Shown: positions 1 to 10,147 of the stretch, piece by piece
Layout: each line of letters opens with the position of its first letter
How positions within the stretch are numbered: the stretch's first letter is position 1
Virus record (IMG/VR): IMGVR_UViG_3300042009_000026
Location: 160,001 to 224,000 of that record
Direction: 5' to 3' (one strand)
Source of the DNA: a virus
Lineage: Duplodnaviria; Heunggongvirae; Uroviricota; Caudoviricetes
DNA: 64,000 bases
Position numbers and translations under genes: made by a program
The notes under the pieces: model-generated
The model's database searches: none
What the model saw: only the letters and a program-made list of their open reading frames with translations
What the model was told of the DNA's origin: nothing

Positions 1-2
1 TC

Positions 3-1337
3 AACAAGATCCTGAATGAAGATGATCTCCAAGAAGAACCAGTTTTTGATGAACTGGAAAAGATGATGAATTTCTTCTCCGGTGATGAAGCAGAGCAAGC
101 TGACAAACGTCTCCGTGCATCAGGCATGTCTAATGAAGATATGGATGCAATCACTCGTGAAATTGAAAAGGCCCTGAGTGCTTTCCCACTTGCCGATAAC
201 ATCAAAGCTATCGTATCTTTCATGGGTGCTTGGCGACGTGCGGCTATTGCTACGATGGATCACCTGATCGCTGCTCATGGTGGCTTGACCGGCACCATCT
301 CGCAAGAAGACTTTGAAGCATTGCCTTCTCGTGGGCTGTCTGTGATTCCTGGCCAAGCTGGTAGTAAACAAGGTATTGGTGCTGCTGTTAAAGCTGCATG
401 GGCTAAAACAAAAGAGTTCTTCGCGCGTCTGTGGGAACAGTTCCGTAACTGGATTGCTAGGATTTGGGAACGTATTTTTGGTAACGAAAAGCAAGTCGAC
501 ATGTTGCTGTTGACTAACGAAGCTATTCCAGACGAAGGTCAAGCACCATCTGGCCAGCCTCTAGCTCTGCCACCTGGTACTGGTTTGAAATCTGTTTCGG
601 CTGCTAAATCTTTAGCTGGCCCTAGTGCAGCAGGTGAAGTACCAGTCGATGTTACGCCTGAACCAGTTGTCGAGAACGGCTCTCCATTACCTAAAGGTTA
701 CATCTATACCGATGCCCTGAAGAAACTGAAGCTCAGTTCTGGTTATGCTTTTGAACCAACCATTGAGGAATCGCTAATTACCTGGTTTACCGATAGCTAT
801 AACCCAGCTGTAATTAAAATGTGGCGTGATGTTACTAGCATGGCTAACAGTAACTTTGATGTTGGTGCTTTCGATGCCTGGGGCAAGGTATTAACTGACA
901 TGGCGTCTAAGGTAATGGCAGGTGCACCAGTCGGAGAAATTCCCGGTGGGCAATCGCTGGTCCTCAATGAAGGAACCATTGCTTTCTCCTTTGGGGGTGG
1001 TGACGGTACCGAATCTGAGCCGGTGAAGGCATTGAACAAACGTCAAATCGCCCAGATTCTGGCTCGCCAGAAACGTGCTTTCCGTGGGTTAGAACTTGCA
1101 CAGAAATCTACAGATGAACAGAACCGACTGCATGAGCAATTCTCTCAAGTAATCGAGCGTCTGATTAATAATGCTGATGAGGCTAAGGCGTCGCAGTATT
1201 CTGCATTCTACACAACTGTTAACAAGTTGTTGTGTAATACAGCTGTGCGCCAATTGGCTACTACCATTGGTTCCCGTTTCACTGCTCGCACCATCGTTAT
1301 GGATGAGATGATTGCCGCTCGTGCTAAACGTGGCTAA
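3..1337 (+). CDS. phiKZ-like inner head (inner body) protein, 5'-truncated by window edge
   Basis: Frame is open from nt 3 with no upstream stop. S-X-E protease motifs (SNE, SQE) precede an amphipathic helix KAAWAKTKEFFARLWEQFRNWIARIWE typical of phiKZ internal head paralogs. Confidence 0.7.
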   Translation, partial: NKILNEDDLQEEPVFDELEKMMNFFSGDEAEQADKRLRASGMSNEDMDAITREIEKALSAFPLADNIKAIVSFMGAWRRAAIATMDHLIAAHGGLTGTISQEDFEALPSRGLSVIPGQAGSKQGIGAAVKAAWAKTKEFFARLWEQFRNWIARIWERIFGNEKQVDMLLLTNEAIPDEGQAPSGQPLALPPGTGLKSVSAAKSLAGPSAAGEVPVDVTPEPVVENGSPLPKGYIYTDALKKLKLSSGYAFEPTIEESLITWFTDSYNPAVIKMWRDVTSMANSNFDVGAFDAWGKVLTDMASKVMAGAPVGEIPGGQSLVLNEGTIAFSFGGGDGTESEPVKALNKRQIAQILARQKRAFRGLELAQKSTDEQNRLHEQFSQVIERLINNADEAKASQYSAFYTTVNKLLCNTAVRQLATTIGSRFTARTIVMDEMIAARAKRG

Positions 1338-1368
1338 ATAAACGGGAGCCTTCGGGCTCCCTTTATTT
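1338..1368. terminator. Intrinsic, probably bidirectional terminator
   Basis: ATAAAC-GGGAGCC-TTCG-GGCTCCC-TTTATTT directly after the stop codon. Confidence 0.85.
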
Positions 1369-1430
1369 CGATCTACCCAATGCTATGTTAATTGCAATTA
1401 GCACAGAATAAATTCCTTGAGGAACAAAAC

Positions 1431-2936
1431 ATGAAATTGTCAAAACTGCTTAAGGCTATGGAAAACTACGAGGAAGCTCCAATTCCAGAGTCCGTAGCTG
1501 CTGTTGCCGAAGGTAACACTGTTGATCCACAAATCGTAGACGCGTCTGCACCAGTTAATGAACCCTCGACTATCCCAGATGCTGGTGAGATGCCGCTAGG
1601 TGTTCCTGCTGTATCGCCTCTGCCAATCATCGAAGAAGCTCCGGTTATCGCAGCTCCTCTTGCCGAAGTACCTGCTGCTATCGAAGGCGAAGGTATGGAA
1701 CCACTACCACTCGCTGCTGGTCCTCAGCTGATTATCGAATCCCCATTGGATCATGATAATACCATGGCCATGATGGATCGGACTATCGTTGAGTCTACTG
1801 CGATGGGTAATGAACTTACTGAAATCGTAGAAGTACAAACTGCTCTCGAATGCTATCAGAAACTCCTGCGTCAAGCTGGCCCAGATGGTATTACCCGTCA
1901 AGCTGCTGGTTTCATGCGCGTAGGCTTGGAACAATTCCAACATGATGGTCACGTTGATCTGTCCGGTCTGATCGGTTCCATGGAATCAATGGGCGATGGT
2001 GAGAAACAACATCTGCTCCCTTCCAAAGTTAAAGCTGGCGGTATTGGCGATAAGATCAAAGAAGTTGCTGGTAAGGTTTGGGAATGGCTGAAAGGTCTGT
2101 GGGAAAAGGCTAAGACTTTCGTACAACAATTGCTACAAGGTGTTGTTGGTCTGGAACGTAAGCTGAATAAAGCTAAAGCAGCCGCTGAGAAAGCTGGCTC
2201 TACTGCAGGTGGCGAATTCCAAGTACCTAACCCAGAACGTATCATGATCGGCTCTAAGCTTTCGATCAACTACCCAATCGAACTGAAAGCTGTTACGATG
2301 CTGGCATGTAATGTGTATCCAGAACGTATGGCACAGTTCTATAGCGCTGTGGCTTCTGCTATTGGTAATTATGATCCTGCTCATGGTGATTCCCAAGAAG
2401 TAATGGGATTGCTGGAGAAAGCTAAAGAAGTTCTGAAAGATGTAAAAGCTTCTGACCAAGTATTACCAGGCAACGTTAAGATCGATGTTGGTGATTCGGG
2501 TATTTCTTATGGTATCGCCGAAGCAGGTGATTCTGAGAAACCAGAGTCGGTAACTTCCAAAGCACGTTCGGGTTCAACTATCGCAGCTGACCTGCAAACA
2601 ATGTTTGTCGTACTGGAAGCACTGAAATCGTACGGTCAACATCACGAGAAGATGGCACAAGCAGCTAGTAAAGTTGGTGAAGCACTGGAACGACTGAAGA
2701 AAGCTTCGTCGGGTGAGGGCATGGAAGATGGCGCTGCACAAACTGCAGTTGATATCGAAACAGCTGTAGGTAAGCTGCTGCACCAAGCTAACCCACGTGG
2801 TAATGAAATCGTTCGTTATCTGGCTAAAACTACTTCGGCTTACGCTGATGTGATCCTGGCTGAACTGAAAGTTGAAGGCGTTAGTTCTGAGCCTAAACAA
2901 CTCGGCAACGACTCGAAAGAAGTTGCTACTCAATAA
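1431..2936 (+). CDS. phiKZ-like inner head protein (proteolytically matured)
   Basis: RBS GAGGA then ATG 1431. AME, ALE, GLE, SME motifs; Pro/Glu-rich propeptide; helix KIKEVAGKVWEWLKGLWEKAK; paralogous to neighbours. Confidence 0.75.
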   Translation: MKLSKLLKAMENYEEAPIPESVAAVAEGNTVDPQIVDASAPVNEPSTIPDAGEMPLGVPAVSPLPIIEEAPVIAAPLAEVPAAIEGEGMEPLPLAAGPQLIIESPLDHDNTMAMMDRTIVESTAMGNELTEIVEVQTALECYQKLLRQAGPDGITRQAAGFMRVGLEQFQHDGHVDLSGLIGSMESMGDGEKQHLLPSKVKAGGIGDKIKEVAGKVWEWLKGLWEKAKTFVQQLLQGVVGLERKLNKAKAAAEKAGSTAGGEFQVPNPERIMIGSKLSINYPIELKAVTMLACNVYPERMAQFYSAVASAIGNYDPAHGDSQEVMGLLEKAKEVLKDVKASDQVLPGNVKIDVGDSGISYGIAEAGDSEKPESVTSKARSGSTIAADLQTMFVVLEALKSYGQHHEKMAQAASKVGEALERLKKASSGEGMEDGAAQTAVDIETAVGKLLHQANPRGNEIVRYLAKTTSAYADVILAELKVEGVSSEPKQLGNDSKEVATQ

Positions 2937-2942
2937 AACAAT

Positions 2943-2969
2943 AGACGGGGCCTAGTGCCTCGTCTTATG
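2943..2969. terminator. Hairpin followed by TATG (terminator or late-promoter element)
   Basis: AGACGGGGC-CTAGT-GCCTCGTCT-TATG between genes. Confidence 0.6.
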
Positions 2970-2981
2970 TTAGGAGGTCCT

Positions 2982-4145
2982 ATGGACTTTAAAGAAAAGC
3001 TCCAACGGTTAGAAGAACGTCGGGGTGAATCAAGTGCAGAGTGGATGGCCAAATTACAAAATGGAACTCAAGGCGATGCCAATGAAGAGATCCTCAAGTT
3101 AGCCGAGGTACTCGCTGATTCAGATGAGACAATGACAGAAGAGATCATTGACTTAGTGGGTGGGCTAGAACTATACAAGCCTTATGAATCAATTGGCGAT
3201 ACTCCTTTCTTTTCCCTTGGGTTAGAAAGTGTGAGTGATACAGTAGTTAAGATCTTTGATCGTATCATCGCTTTTATTAAGCGTTGGATTAAAATACTTA
3301 ATGAGTCAGAATTTAAGCTATCCCTGCATACTGCTTTGCATAGCCATTCGCTAGAGAACATCCGTACTACCATGCGCACGACTAGCCGGATGCATCATGA
3401 AGACACACGGTTTCAAGTATCTACCCGTATCCATAACTTATCAGTTAACTACCGGCCTATTTCAAATGCAATTGGATTGATCAATGCACTGACTATTCTG
3501 AAGCACGTAGCTAATGCTTATTTCGATACTCACTCGGATAAAGTGTTGTCCCAAGTTAACAGAGTGGTCAGTGGTGTTACTGATCAACGTACAGCTAGTT
3601 TCTTAGCGGAACAGATGGCTGGAGCTAGTCCTTTAAATATTTCTAAGGAACCTATCTTCAGACCGAATGATCTACACGTTGAGTCACCGCACTTAATGGG
3701 CAATCACCGTTTTGTTATTACTGATAACAATATCGCGTCAAGTGATGCTGCTGATCGTGTACAAGGCATTCGAGTTAAGCTAGAACCTTCCCAACTGACT
3801 CCTGCTCAATTACCGAATGGCGTGAACTTTGAATACTTCGATAGTCCCATGACCGAAGCAGTCTTGACTAAATGTGACGATATTCTACGCTTATTGGCTG
3901 ACTCTAACAATGGTCCACGCCGTCACGCACGTAGGCAGGCCATGAATGCCCTTCTGGCTGCCGTAGAACGCGTTAACGAAGAAACACAGCGTAACGGTAT
4001 CCGTGATGAAGCAGAAGCCCGTAAAGTGGTCTCAGTGCTTGAGTCATATATCGCCTGGATTGCTGATCCTTATACTTCGTTCTATGCATATACCTTGCGT
4101 AATGTGCGTGCCGCACTTAATGTGTGTGAGGCCAATATCGCTTAG
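2982..4145 (+). CDS. phiKZ-like head protein (inner-head paralog cluster)
   Basis: RBS AGGAGG, ATG 2982. GLE motifs then helix VVKIFDRIIAFIKRWIK; synteny. Confidence 0.65.
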   Translation: MDFKEKLQRLEERRGESSAEWMAKLQNGTQGDANEEILKLAEVLADSDETMTEEIIDLVGGLELYKPYESIGDTPFFSLGLESVSDTVVKIFDRIIAFIKRWIKILNESEFKLSLHTALHSHSLENIRTTMRTTSRMHHEDTRFQVSTRIHNLSVNYRPISNAIGLINALTILKHVANAYFDTHSDKVLSQVNRVVSGVTDQRTASFLAEQMAGASPLNISKEPIFRPNDLHVESPHLMGNHRFVITDNNIASSDAADRVQGIRVKLEPSQLTPAQLPNGVNFEYFDSPMTEAVLTKCDDILRLLADSNNGPRRHARRQAMNALLAAVERVNEETQRNGIRDEAEARKVVSVLESYIAWIADPYTSFYAYTLRNVRAALNVCEANIA

Positions 4146-4245
4146 TTTTACGCAATCTTGTGAAACGACGTTTCGTCCAAAATTGTCGGGCTGTGCCAAC
4201 GGACGAACGGCATAGCCACAAATCAATCCTGTACAGGTAGAGAAC

Positions 4246-6435
4246 ATGAATATTCTGAATTATCTAACTCCTTCATTTGAGGAGTTCGTTGATGCGCCAG
4301 TTGGTGCTGATCAACTGGCCCACAATTCTGCAGCCGCCGTTCCTGGTGGCACAGAAGTCCCAGGTGCTGCACCAGTAGCCGATACCCAAACTGATTCTTT
4401 GGAAATTCCTGAATCCGTAGGTCCTGCTCTCGTTGCAAGTTCCGATGAAGTACAAGCTGCTGCTGTCGTAGAAGACCCAGGTCATTCCGAAGCTGCAGCC
4501 GCCGCTGCACAAGCAAGTGATTCTGATGCTGCTCTTCTGGAACAAGCACAAGTCGCTCCTGCTGAAACTGGTTCGGCTGATGCCGCTGTTGATACTACAA
4601 CTACTGAAGAAGGTACTGGCGATGTTTCAGAATCTGCCGAATTGGGTGGCGATGACACTAGCACTGTTGACAGCACTGATGGTGACATTGGTGGCGACGA
4701 GCTGGGCGGTGATGCTACTACTGACAGCACTGATCTTGGTGATACTGGATCGGATGAGCTTGGCAGCACTGATGATGCCGCAGGCGATGAAACCGATCTG
4801 GGTACAGATGAAGCGCTGGGTGATGAAGGCACAGAAGAGACTGGCGATGACGCGGGTCTAGGTGATCTCGGCGAAACTACCGACGACACCACAACTGAAG
4901 AAGATGGTCTGGGTGAAACCGAGACTGCAGAAGGTGGCGAAGATGGTCTGGGGGACGGTACTGACGGTGAAACCGAAACCGGAGAAGCCGAAGGCGAAGA
5001 AGAAACCGAAGAAGCGGGCGAAGCCGAAGGCGAAGAAGCCGGCGGCGAGTTCGAAGAAGCCGGTGAAGAAGGTGGGGACGAGTCCGACGAAACTAGCGGT
5101 TCCGAAGAAGAAACCACTGAAGAAGCCGAAGGCGAAGAAACTGATGCCTCCGAAGAAAGTGGTGATGAAACCGATAGCGATGAAGATGACGGGGTGGAAG
5201 TCGATATCCCCGACGTAGATACCGAAACTACCGAGGACGACGCTGTCGAAGCTGAAGAAGAAGCCGCTGAGAAAGTTGCTGAAGACGAAGCTTTAGAAGA
5301 CGAAATCATCGATACATCTAAGTCTGTTGATGAGCTGGATGAAGATGCCGTTGCCGTAGAAGAATTCATTGGCGTACTGCAGCATGGTATTCGTACCAAA
5401 CGTTTCAATGCACAGACCGTAGCTCTGGCTCAGTCTAAATTGCAGAAGCTTTCCGCTAAGTGGCAAAGTGAAGCTCCAATTATTCCTTCGATGGAAGATT
5501 ACTCTGAAAAGAATCTGGGTGCTTATTACACCAATTCGTTGGAATCTTTCTCCAGCTTCTTGAAGAAAATCAAACACGTTCGTGATTCCTACCTGGATAG
5601 CTTTGCTAAGAACATGAACGAGCGGTTGCATTTGAAATCGGTAGATGCTTCTATCGCCGCTATCAACAAAGCCCTTGATGTTCAGATCATGCGTATTAAA
5701 GATCTGAAGCTGGAAGAAGCGGTTAGCGTTAAGATCCCTGCTGTACTTCGTACTAAAGATGGCCTGAATGCCACTCTTACTAAAGAGTTGAAGTTCCTGG
5801 GTCAAATTGCTGGTGTCTTCAACCACGATAAGAAGTTCCTACAAGGTGTAGCTTCTCTGATTTCTGCCGCTGTTAAAGAAGGTGATGCGATCAAGTCGAC
5901 CGCAACATTGCAGAAGGCACTGAAGCTGGCTTTGCCTGCTGACTCGTATCCTGTTGCAGCATATAAAGGTTCCGACATGTCGGACTTCCACTTCGTTCGT
6001 GCTGATGTTAAACGCACGGGTAGTCTCGTGGATGACATGAAGACACTGGGCAAGCGTGCGATCCATGATTCAGTCCAGACTAATCGTGGTATGAGCGGCG
6101 CCAAAGATACCGAACAGTTCCTGAAGGCAGATGTGGTTAAACTTTTGCAGTTCGCCAAAGTTCTGGTCGGTTTGTCTCGTGGTACTTCAGCTGCTGCCGG
6201 TAAAGACATCATTGATTCTATTCATGTCGTTAATACATCGAAGTCCGAAGCTAACCAGAAAGATGCTAAAACTGGGGATGCAGAAACTCGTCGTTCGAAT
6301 GATGCAGCTATGAACCAGATGGTTACTCAGTTCTGGTATGCCCTGCAAGCTTCGTCTGATAACTACGCTCATTTCCAATGGCACATCGTGCTGCTGGTTG
6401 ATAACCTGGTTAACCTGGTTAAGAAAGTCAAATAA
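4246..6435 (+). CDS. Inner head protein with very long acidic propeptide (phiKZ gp97-like)
   Basis: ~250 aa D/E/G/T low-complexity tract. PSME/DY (E417) and SLE/SF (E433) maturation sites precede a basic mature domain. Confidence 0.7.
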   Translation: MNILNYLTPSFEEFVDAPVGADQLAHNSAAAVPGGTEVPGAAPVADTQTDSLEIPESVGPALVASSDEVQAAAVVEDPGHSEAAAAAAQASDSDAALLEQAQVAPAETGSADAAVDTTTTEEGTGDVSESAELGGDDTSTVDSTDGDIGGDELGGDATTDSTDLGDTGSDELGSTDDAAGDETDLGTDEALGDEGTEETGDDAGLGDLGETTDDTTTEEDGLGETETAEGGEDGLGDGTDGETETGEAEGEEETEEAGEAEGEEAGGEFEEAGEEGGDESDETSGSEEETTEEAEGEETDASEESGDETDSDEDDGVEVDIPDVDTETTEDDAVEAEEEAAEKVAEDEALEDEIIDTSKSVDELDEDAVAVEEFIGVLQHGIRTKRFNAQTVALAQSKLQKLSAKWQSEAPIIPSMEDYSEKNLGAYYTNSLESFSSFLKKIKHVRDSYLDSFAKNMNERLHLKSVDASIAAINKALDVQIMRIKDLKLEEAVSVKIPAVLRTKDGLNATLTKELKFLGQIAGVFNHDKKFLQGVASLISAAVKEGDAIKSTATLQKALKLALPADSYPVAAYKGSDMSDFHFVRADVKRTGSLVDDMKTLGKRAIHDSVQTNRGMSGAKDTEQFLKADVVKLLQFAKVLVGLSRGTSAAAGKDIIDSIHVVNTSKSEANQKDAKTGDAETRRSNDAAMNQMVTQFWYALQASSDNYAHFQWHIVLLVDNLVNLVKKVK

Positions 6436-6471
6436 CATAGACGCCTTCCCTCCGGGGAAGGCTTTATGCCG
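6436..6471. terminator. CATA-hairpin-TTTATGCCG element
   Basis: CATAGAC-GCCTTCCC-TCCG-GGGAAGGC-TTTATGCCG. Confidence 0.8.
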
Positions 6472-6507
6472 AATCTTATGACTTTCAAAACTAACGAGGG
6501 GATTCAC

Positions 6508-8133
6508 ATGCCTCATGCACTAATGGTTCTACCCGATACGTACGATTCTGTTATTCGTCGTGTTGCAGTAGATCTGACAGAACAACTGTCAAACATCATT
6601 GATATTCCCAAGTCTACACATGTGTATCTTCCAGGTTACTCTGAGAAGGTTCCATTGGACCAAGGTAACTTCGGTGCTTGTTGCTCTACGGAAATTGTTT
6701 ATGACCCTGAGGCACGTGTTACTATTCGTTACCAAGACATTGCTGATGATAATTTCGCTTTGCCTACAGCCGTAAACACTTATAAGAACTTGCCTGTATG
6801 GGAAGACCCTATCCGAGATATCCAAGTATCACCTGTTCGACGTATGATCGATTTCCGTGTTGACATCGAGTACCAGTCTGAGGGAATTGTTACAGCTAAG
6901 CGTTGGTTGGATGAACAACGTGCCCGTGTTTCACGAGGTGGAGCTGAACTCACACTGAAGCTTGAATATTACTACATGCTACCGCGTCCTTTGCAAGCAT
7001 TGTTACGTGGCATGTACGATACGATTCAATGCAGTGATTGGCCTATCGAAGAAACGTTCATGGAATACCTGGACAAATACTTCTGGCAATCTCATACCCA
7101 CGTAACTACTTTGATCATGACCCACGAGCAGCCTGCTATTCGTGAGAAACAATTAGATGTGGTGGGCTGGTTTGACTTTACAGGTACACCAGACACACCG
7201 TCGGCTAACTCAGACAAAGCAGGTGCTTACACCGTATCGGTTACATTCACTGTACGGTTTGAACAACCTACTCACGTCTATGTTCGATACCCGTTGATCT
7301 GCCACCAGAATCCAATTCCTAATTGTTTCTGGCCTAAGGTACAACCTAAACGTTATCAACAAGTAGATCGTAAGCAGTCTTATCTGCGTGGTCCATTAGA
7401 TAAGCAATTCGTTGCTCCACGTCCTCGACATGTGCCGTACATCCAATATCCAGAAGCCAATGATTGGACAACCAATAGTAAGCCTTACGATGCGTTCACA
7501 TTTTATACGGGATTAGTATCGATCGAGAAAGATGACCGACGCAGTCTGTTGGATCTGACTAATATCGGTAATTGGTTCTTCACTCCTCATTTCTTAGAAT
7601 ACTTCACTGACCTCGGTACGGAAAGTATTCTGCGCCCTGGTGGATTGTTCAACTTCCGTTTGTACAAGAACAATGAATGGATGGATCTGCAGCTAGAACT
7701 CGAGCCAGGTACTACTATGATTCGTGCTCCTTTCGATCTAGACCCTACTAAGTACTATCACATCGAGATCTCGATAGATCGTAATTGGTGGGCTGTTCAT
7801 GATAAGGTATGGGCTTGTCTACGTCGTTACCCAACTGTGTTCTGGACTATGTGTAATCTATTCAATGTAAGTGTTGGCCGTAAGCCTATGTCTGAGATGA
7901 AACTGTTGGGAGTTAAACTTCCTGAACGTTTACCGAAAGAAGGCTGTCCAGGTGAAGGCTTATCTAAGTGGACTGAAGACGTACCGGTGTTCAAGACAGG
8001 TGAAGTTAAGATCGAAGATGTGACACGTGCCCGTCAAGAAATGGAAACACGTATCGGTCCTTGGTTCAAAAGTAACCGTAACCAGATCATGACTGTGTTG
8101 TGTGGTGACATCGTTTCAACGAGGAAAGAATAA
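6508..8133 (+). CDS. Virion structural protein (phiKZ gp98-like by synteny)
   Basis: RBS GAGGGG, ATG 6508; long ORF in the structural operon. Confidence 0.6.
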   Translation: MPHALMVLPDTYDSVIRRVAVDLTEQLSNIIDIPKSTHVYLPGYSEKVPLDQGNFGACCSTEIVYDPEARVTIRYQDIADDNFALPTAVNTYKNLPVWEDPIRDIQVSPVRRMIDFRVDIEYQSEGIVTAKRWLDEQRARVSRGGAELTLKLEYYYMLPRPLQALLRGMYDTIQCSDWPIEETFMEYLDKYFWQSHTHVTTLIMTHEQPAIREKQLDVVGWFDFTGTPDTPSANSDKAGAYTVSVTFTVRFEQPTHVYVRYPLICHQNPIPNCFWPKVQPKRYQQVDRKQSYLRGPLDKQFVAPRPRHVPYIQYPEANDWTTNSKPYDAFTFYTGLVSIEKDDRRSLLDLTNIGNWFFTPHFLEYFTDLGTESILRPGGLFNFRLYKNNEWMDLQLELEPGTTMIRAPFDLDPTKYYHIEISIDRNWWAVHDKVWACLRRYPTVFWTMCNLFNVSVGRKPMSEMKLLGVKLPERLPKEGCPGEGLSKWTEDVPVFKTGEVKIEDVTRARQEMETRIGPWFKSNRNQIMTVLCGDIVSTRKE

Positions 8134-9560
8134 TGCCTATCGTAGAACAAATTAAAGACGCGGGTGATCCGTGTTACGATCCGGGACAAGGTCCAGTTCC
8201 GGAAAGCGCAGTACGTATTGAATCTGAAGTCTTTCGTGGTATTACGATTGACAAGGAATACGCACCGCCTTCAAATCTAATGCAATGGACAAGTGGTTCG
8301 AATTGGATTGTAGACTACTGGTCACAGATCCTTAAGCCTAACCAAGAACCTACTCCACAAAATGTTAACCGTGAACCACACGCACAGCAGTACCGCTGGC
8401 TTAAGCGAATCCCGCTGAAAGTTAATGGTGGATTGTCCGATGATACTGACGATCAGATCAACGTATGGACACGGACTGGTTCAGGTCACACTTATGGTTT
8501 CATGACTCCTAACCAGGGGGACATGTTTGCTGCAGGTATTGGTAACGGTAAGACCGGTCTATTTACGATCACATCGGCTAAACGTGTAACCATTCAGAAA
8601 GGCTCTACTTACGCTATCGAATGGAAACAAGTCAGTGAGCTCACAGAAGAGCGTTATAATGACTTGAAGCGTAAATCTAATGAAGAGTACTGGTTCTCTG
8701 CTGCTTCCGCTAATTCGGGCTGTGGGCCATTCATCACGAATGAAGAACAAGCTCGTTCAACGATGTATGCTAAGTTACTGAAGACACTCGTAGATCGTTA
8801 CATCACTGACTTCTTCTCCAAAGAACATTCTACGTTCCTCGTACCGGATCAACTCTACAAGACTTATGACCACTGGGTAACCAAGGCATTCATCTCGATG
8901 GTTGATACTACGATGGATGGTCGGATGCGTAAAGTCAAAGTGTTAAACGTAATGTCTGAACCGGTAATGTCTCAGCCTACTGTGTGGGATGCTATTGTCC
9001 GGCATGATATGGATAAGATTACTGATTCCACCGAGCAATGCCATTTGGTTAGCACTAAGATCTCTCGGTGGCGCCCAGAACTGCAGGCAATTGGTTACTC
9101 CGGTATCCCACGGTTTGTGTTTCCTATGGAAGCTCCGACTGATGTAGATTCGCAGTATGATGGTGAGGACCGTGCACGTCCATGGGGTATTCCATTCCAT
9201 GAAGGACAACCGCGTCGTCCTATTCCTGGTCCACACAAAACACAATTAGATCGAGACCTGGAATGGTTTCGTCGAGTTAAACCAGAAGACGAACGTAACT
9301 ACGCTAGTCAGATGTATCGTGTACCCGCTGACATCCACCCAGTGGTTCGTGACAACTATTACGTTTTCACAGAGTCGTTCTATCGTTGTGATACACACCT
9401 CCAGTCTAAATTGGAGATGGTTACTACTACGATGATCAAAGGTGAAGAAATCGACAAAAATCAATTTGACGCATTGTTAGAGAACATCCGGTATTGGGAT
9501 AACCTCGAACGGTTCTACTACTATCCGGTGGTGATCGCATTGCTCAAATATGCAATGTAG
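8133..9560 (+). CDS. Virion structural protein (phiKZ gp99-like by synteny)
   Basis: 475 aa, coupled by TAATG overlap. Confidence 0.6.
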   Translation: MPIVEQIKDAGDPCYDPGQGPVPESAVRIESEVFRGITIDKEYAPPSNLMQWTSGSNWIVDYWSQILKPNQEPTPQNVNREPHAQQYRWLKRIPLKVNGGLSDDTDDQINVWTRTGSGHTYGFMTPNQGDMFAAGIGNGKTGLFTITSAKRVTIQKGSTYAIEWKQVSELTEERYNDLKRKSNEEYWFSAASANSGCGPFITNEEQARSTMYAKLLKTLVDRYITDFFSKEHSTFLVPDQLYKTYDHWVTKAFISMVDTTMDGRMRKVKVLNVMSEPVMSQPTVWDAIVRHDMDKITDSTEQCHLVSTKISRWRPELQAIGYSGIPRFVFPMEAPTDVDSQYDGEDRARPWGIPFHEGQPRRPIPGPHKTQLDRDLEWFRRVKPEDERNYASQMYRVPADIHPVVRDNYYVFTESFYRCDTHLQSKLEMVTTTMIKGEEIDKNQFDALLENIRYWDNLERFYYYPVVIALLKYAM

Positions 9561-9567
9561 GTAAATC

Positions 9568-10143
9568 ATGGAAAAGCAACTGATTACTCGTAACACCGCA
9601 TCATGGCGGATTTGGAACTTACGGTTCCATGTACAAATCCCAACACTGGCCCAGTACTCAGCTGAGTATCTGCGTAAGAACTTCATCAACGTATCTGGAG
9701 ATAAGAAACTCGATAAGCTCCGGATGAACCAACTAGTTGACGTTAAACAAACGTGTGCTGGTTTGGCGATGATTATTTCTGAGGGCTATTCATTCTCTAT
9801 CCTGAATCGTTGGGACTGTGTGCAGATGTATAGCGACATCCAAGAGCACTTCCGGAATTGGTTGGATATGACGTATGGTGGTTATCCTCCTGACGCATTC
9901 CCTCCTATCTCTGATATGCGTCTCTTAGAAACGGTTGCTTTAGAGATGCACTCCGAAGCCCAGCGCTTGTCTCCAGCAGACCGTGAGCAGGCTTCTAGGA
10001 TCTTCGAAGGTATCAACCGCATGAACCGTCGTCGTAACTTAGTAGCAGCTGACAAACAGGCTCGTGATCGTGTGATGCAGGGTGGTCAGTTGAAAGCATA
10101 TAACTCCATGGTTGATCAAATTGAAAAGTATATCTTGGGGTGA
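9568..10143 (+). CDS. Conserved jumbo-phage protein (phiKZ gp100-like by synteny)
   Basis: 191 aa ORF in the operon. Confidence 0.55.
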   Translation: MEKQLITRNTASWRIWNLRFHVQIPTLAQYSAEYLRKNFINVSGDKKLDKLRMNQLVDVKQTCAGLAMIISEGYSFSILNRWDCVQMYSDIQEHFRNWLDMTYGGYPPDAFPPISDMRLLETVALEMHSEAQRLSPADREQASRIFEGINRMNRRRNLVAADKQARDRVMQGGQLKAYNSMVDQIEKYILG

Positions 10144-10147
10144 TTAA

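Noticed and set aside
4482-5408. Ser-rich 308-aa antisense ORF and Lys-rich alternate-frame ORFs
   Set aside because: Mirror or shifted readings of the GAA/GAT-rich acidic tract.
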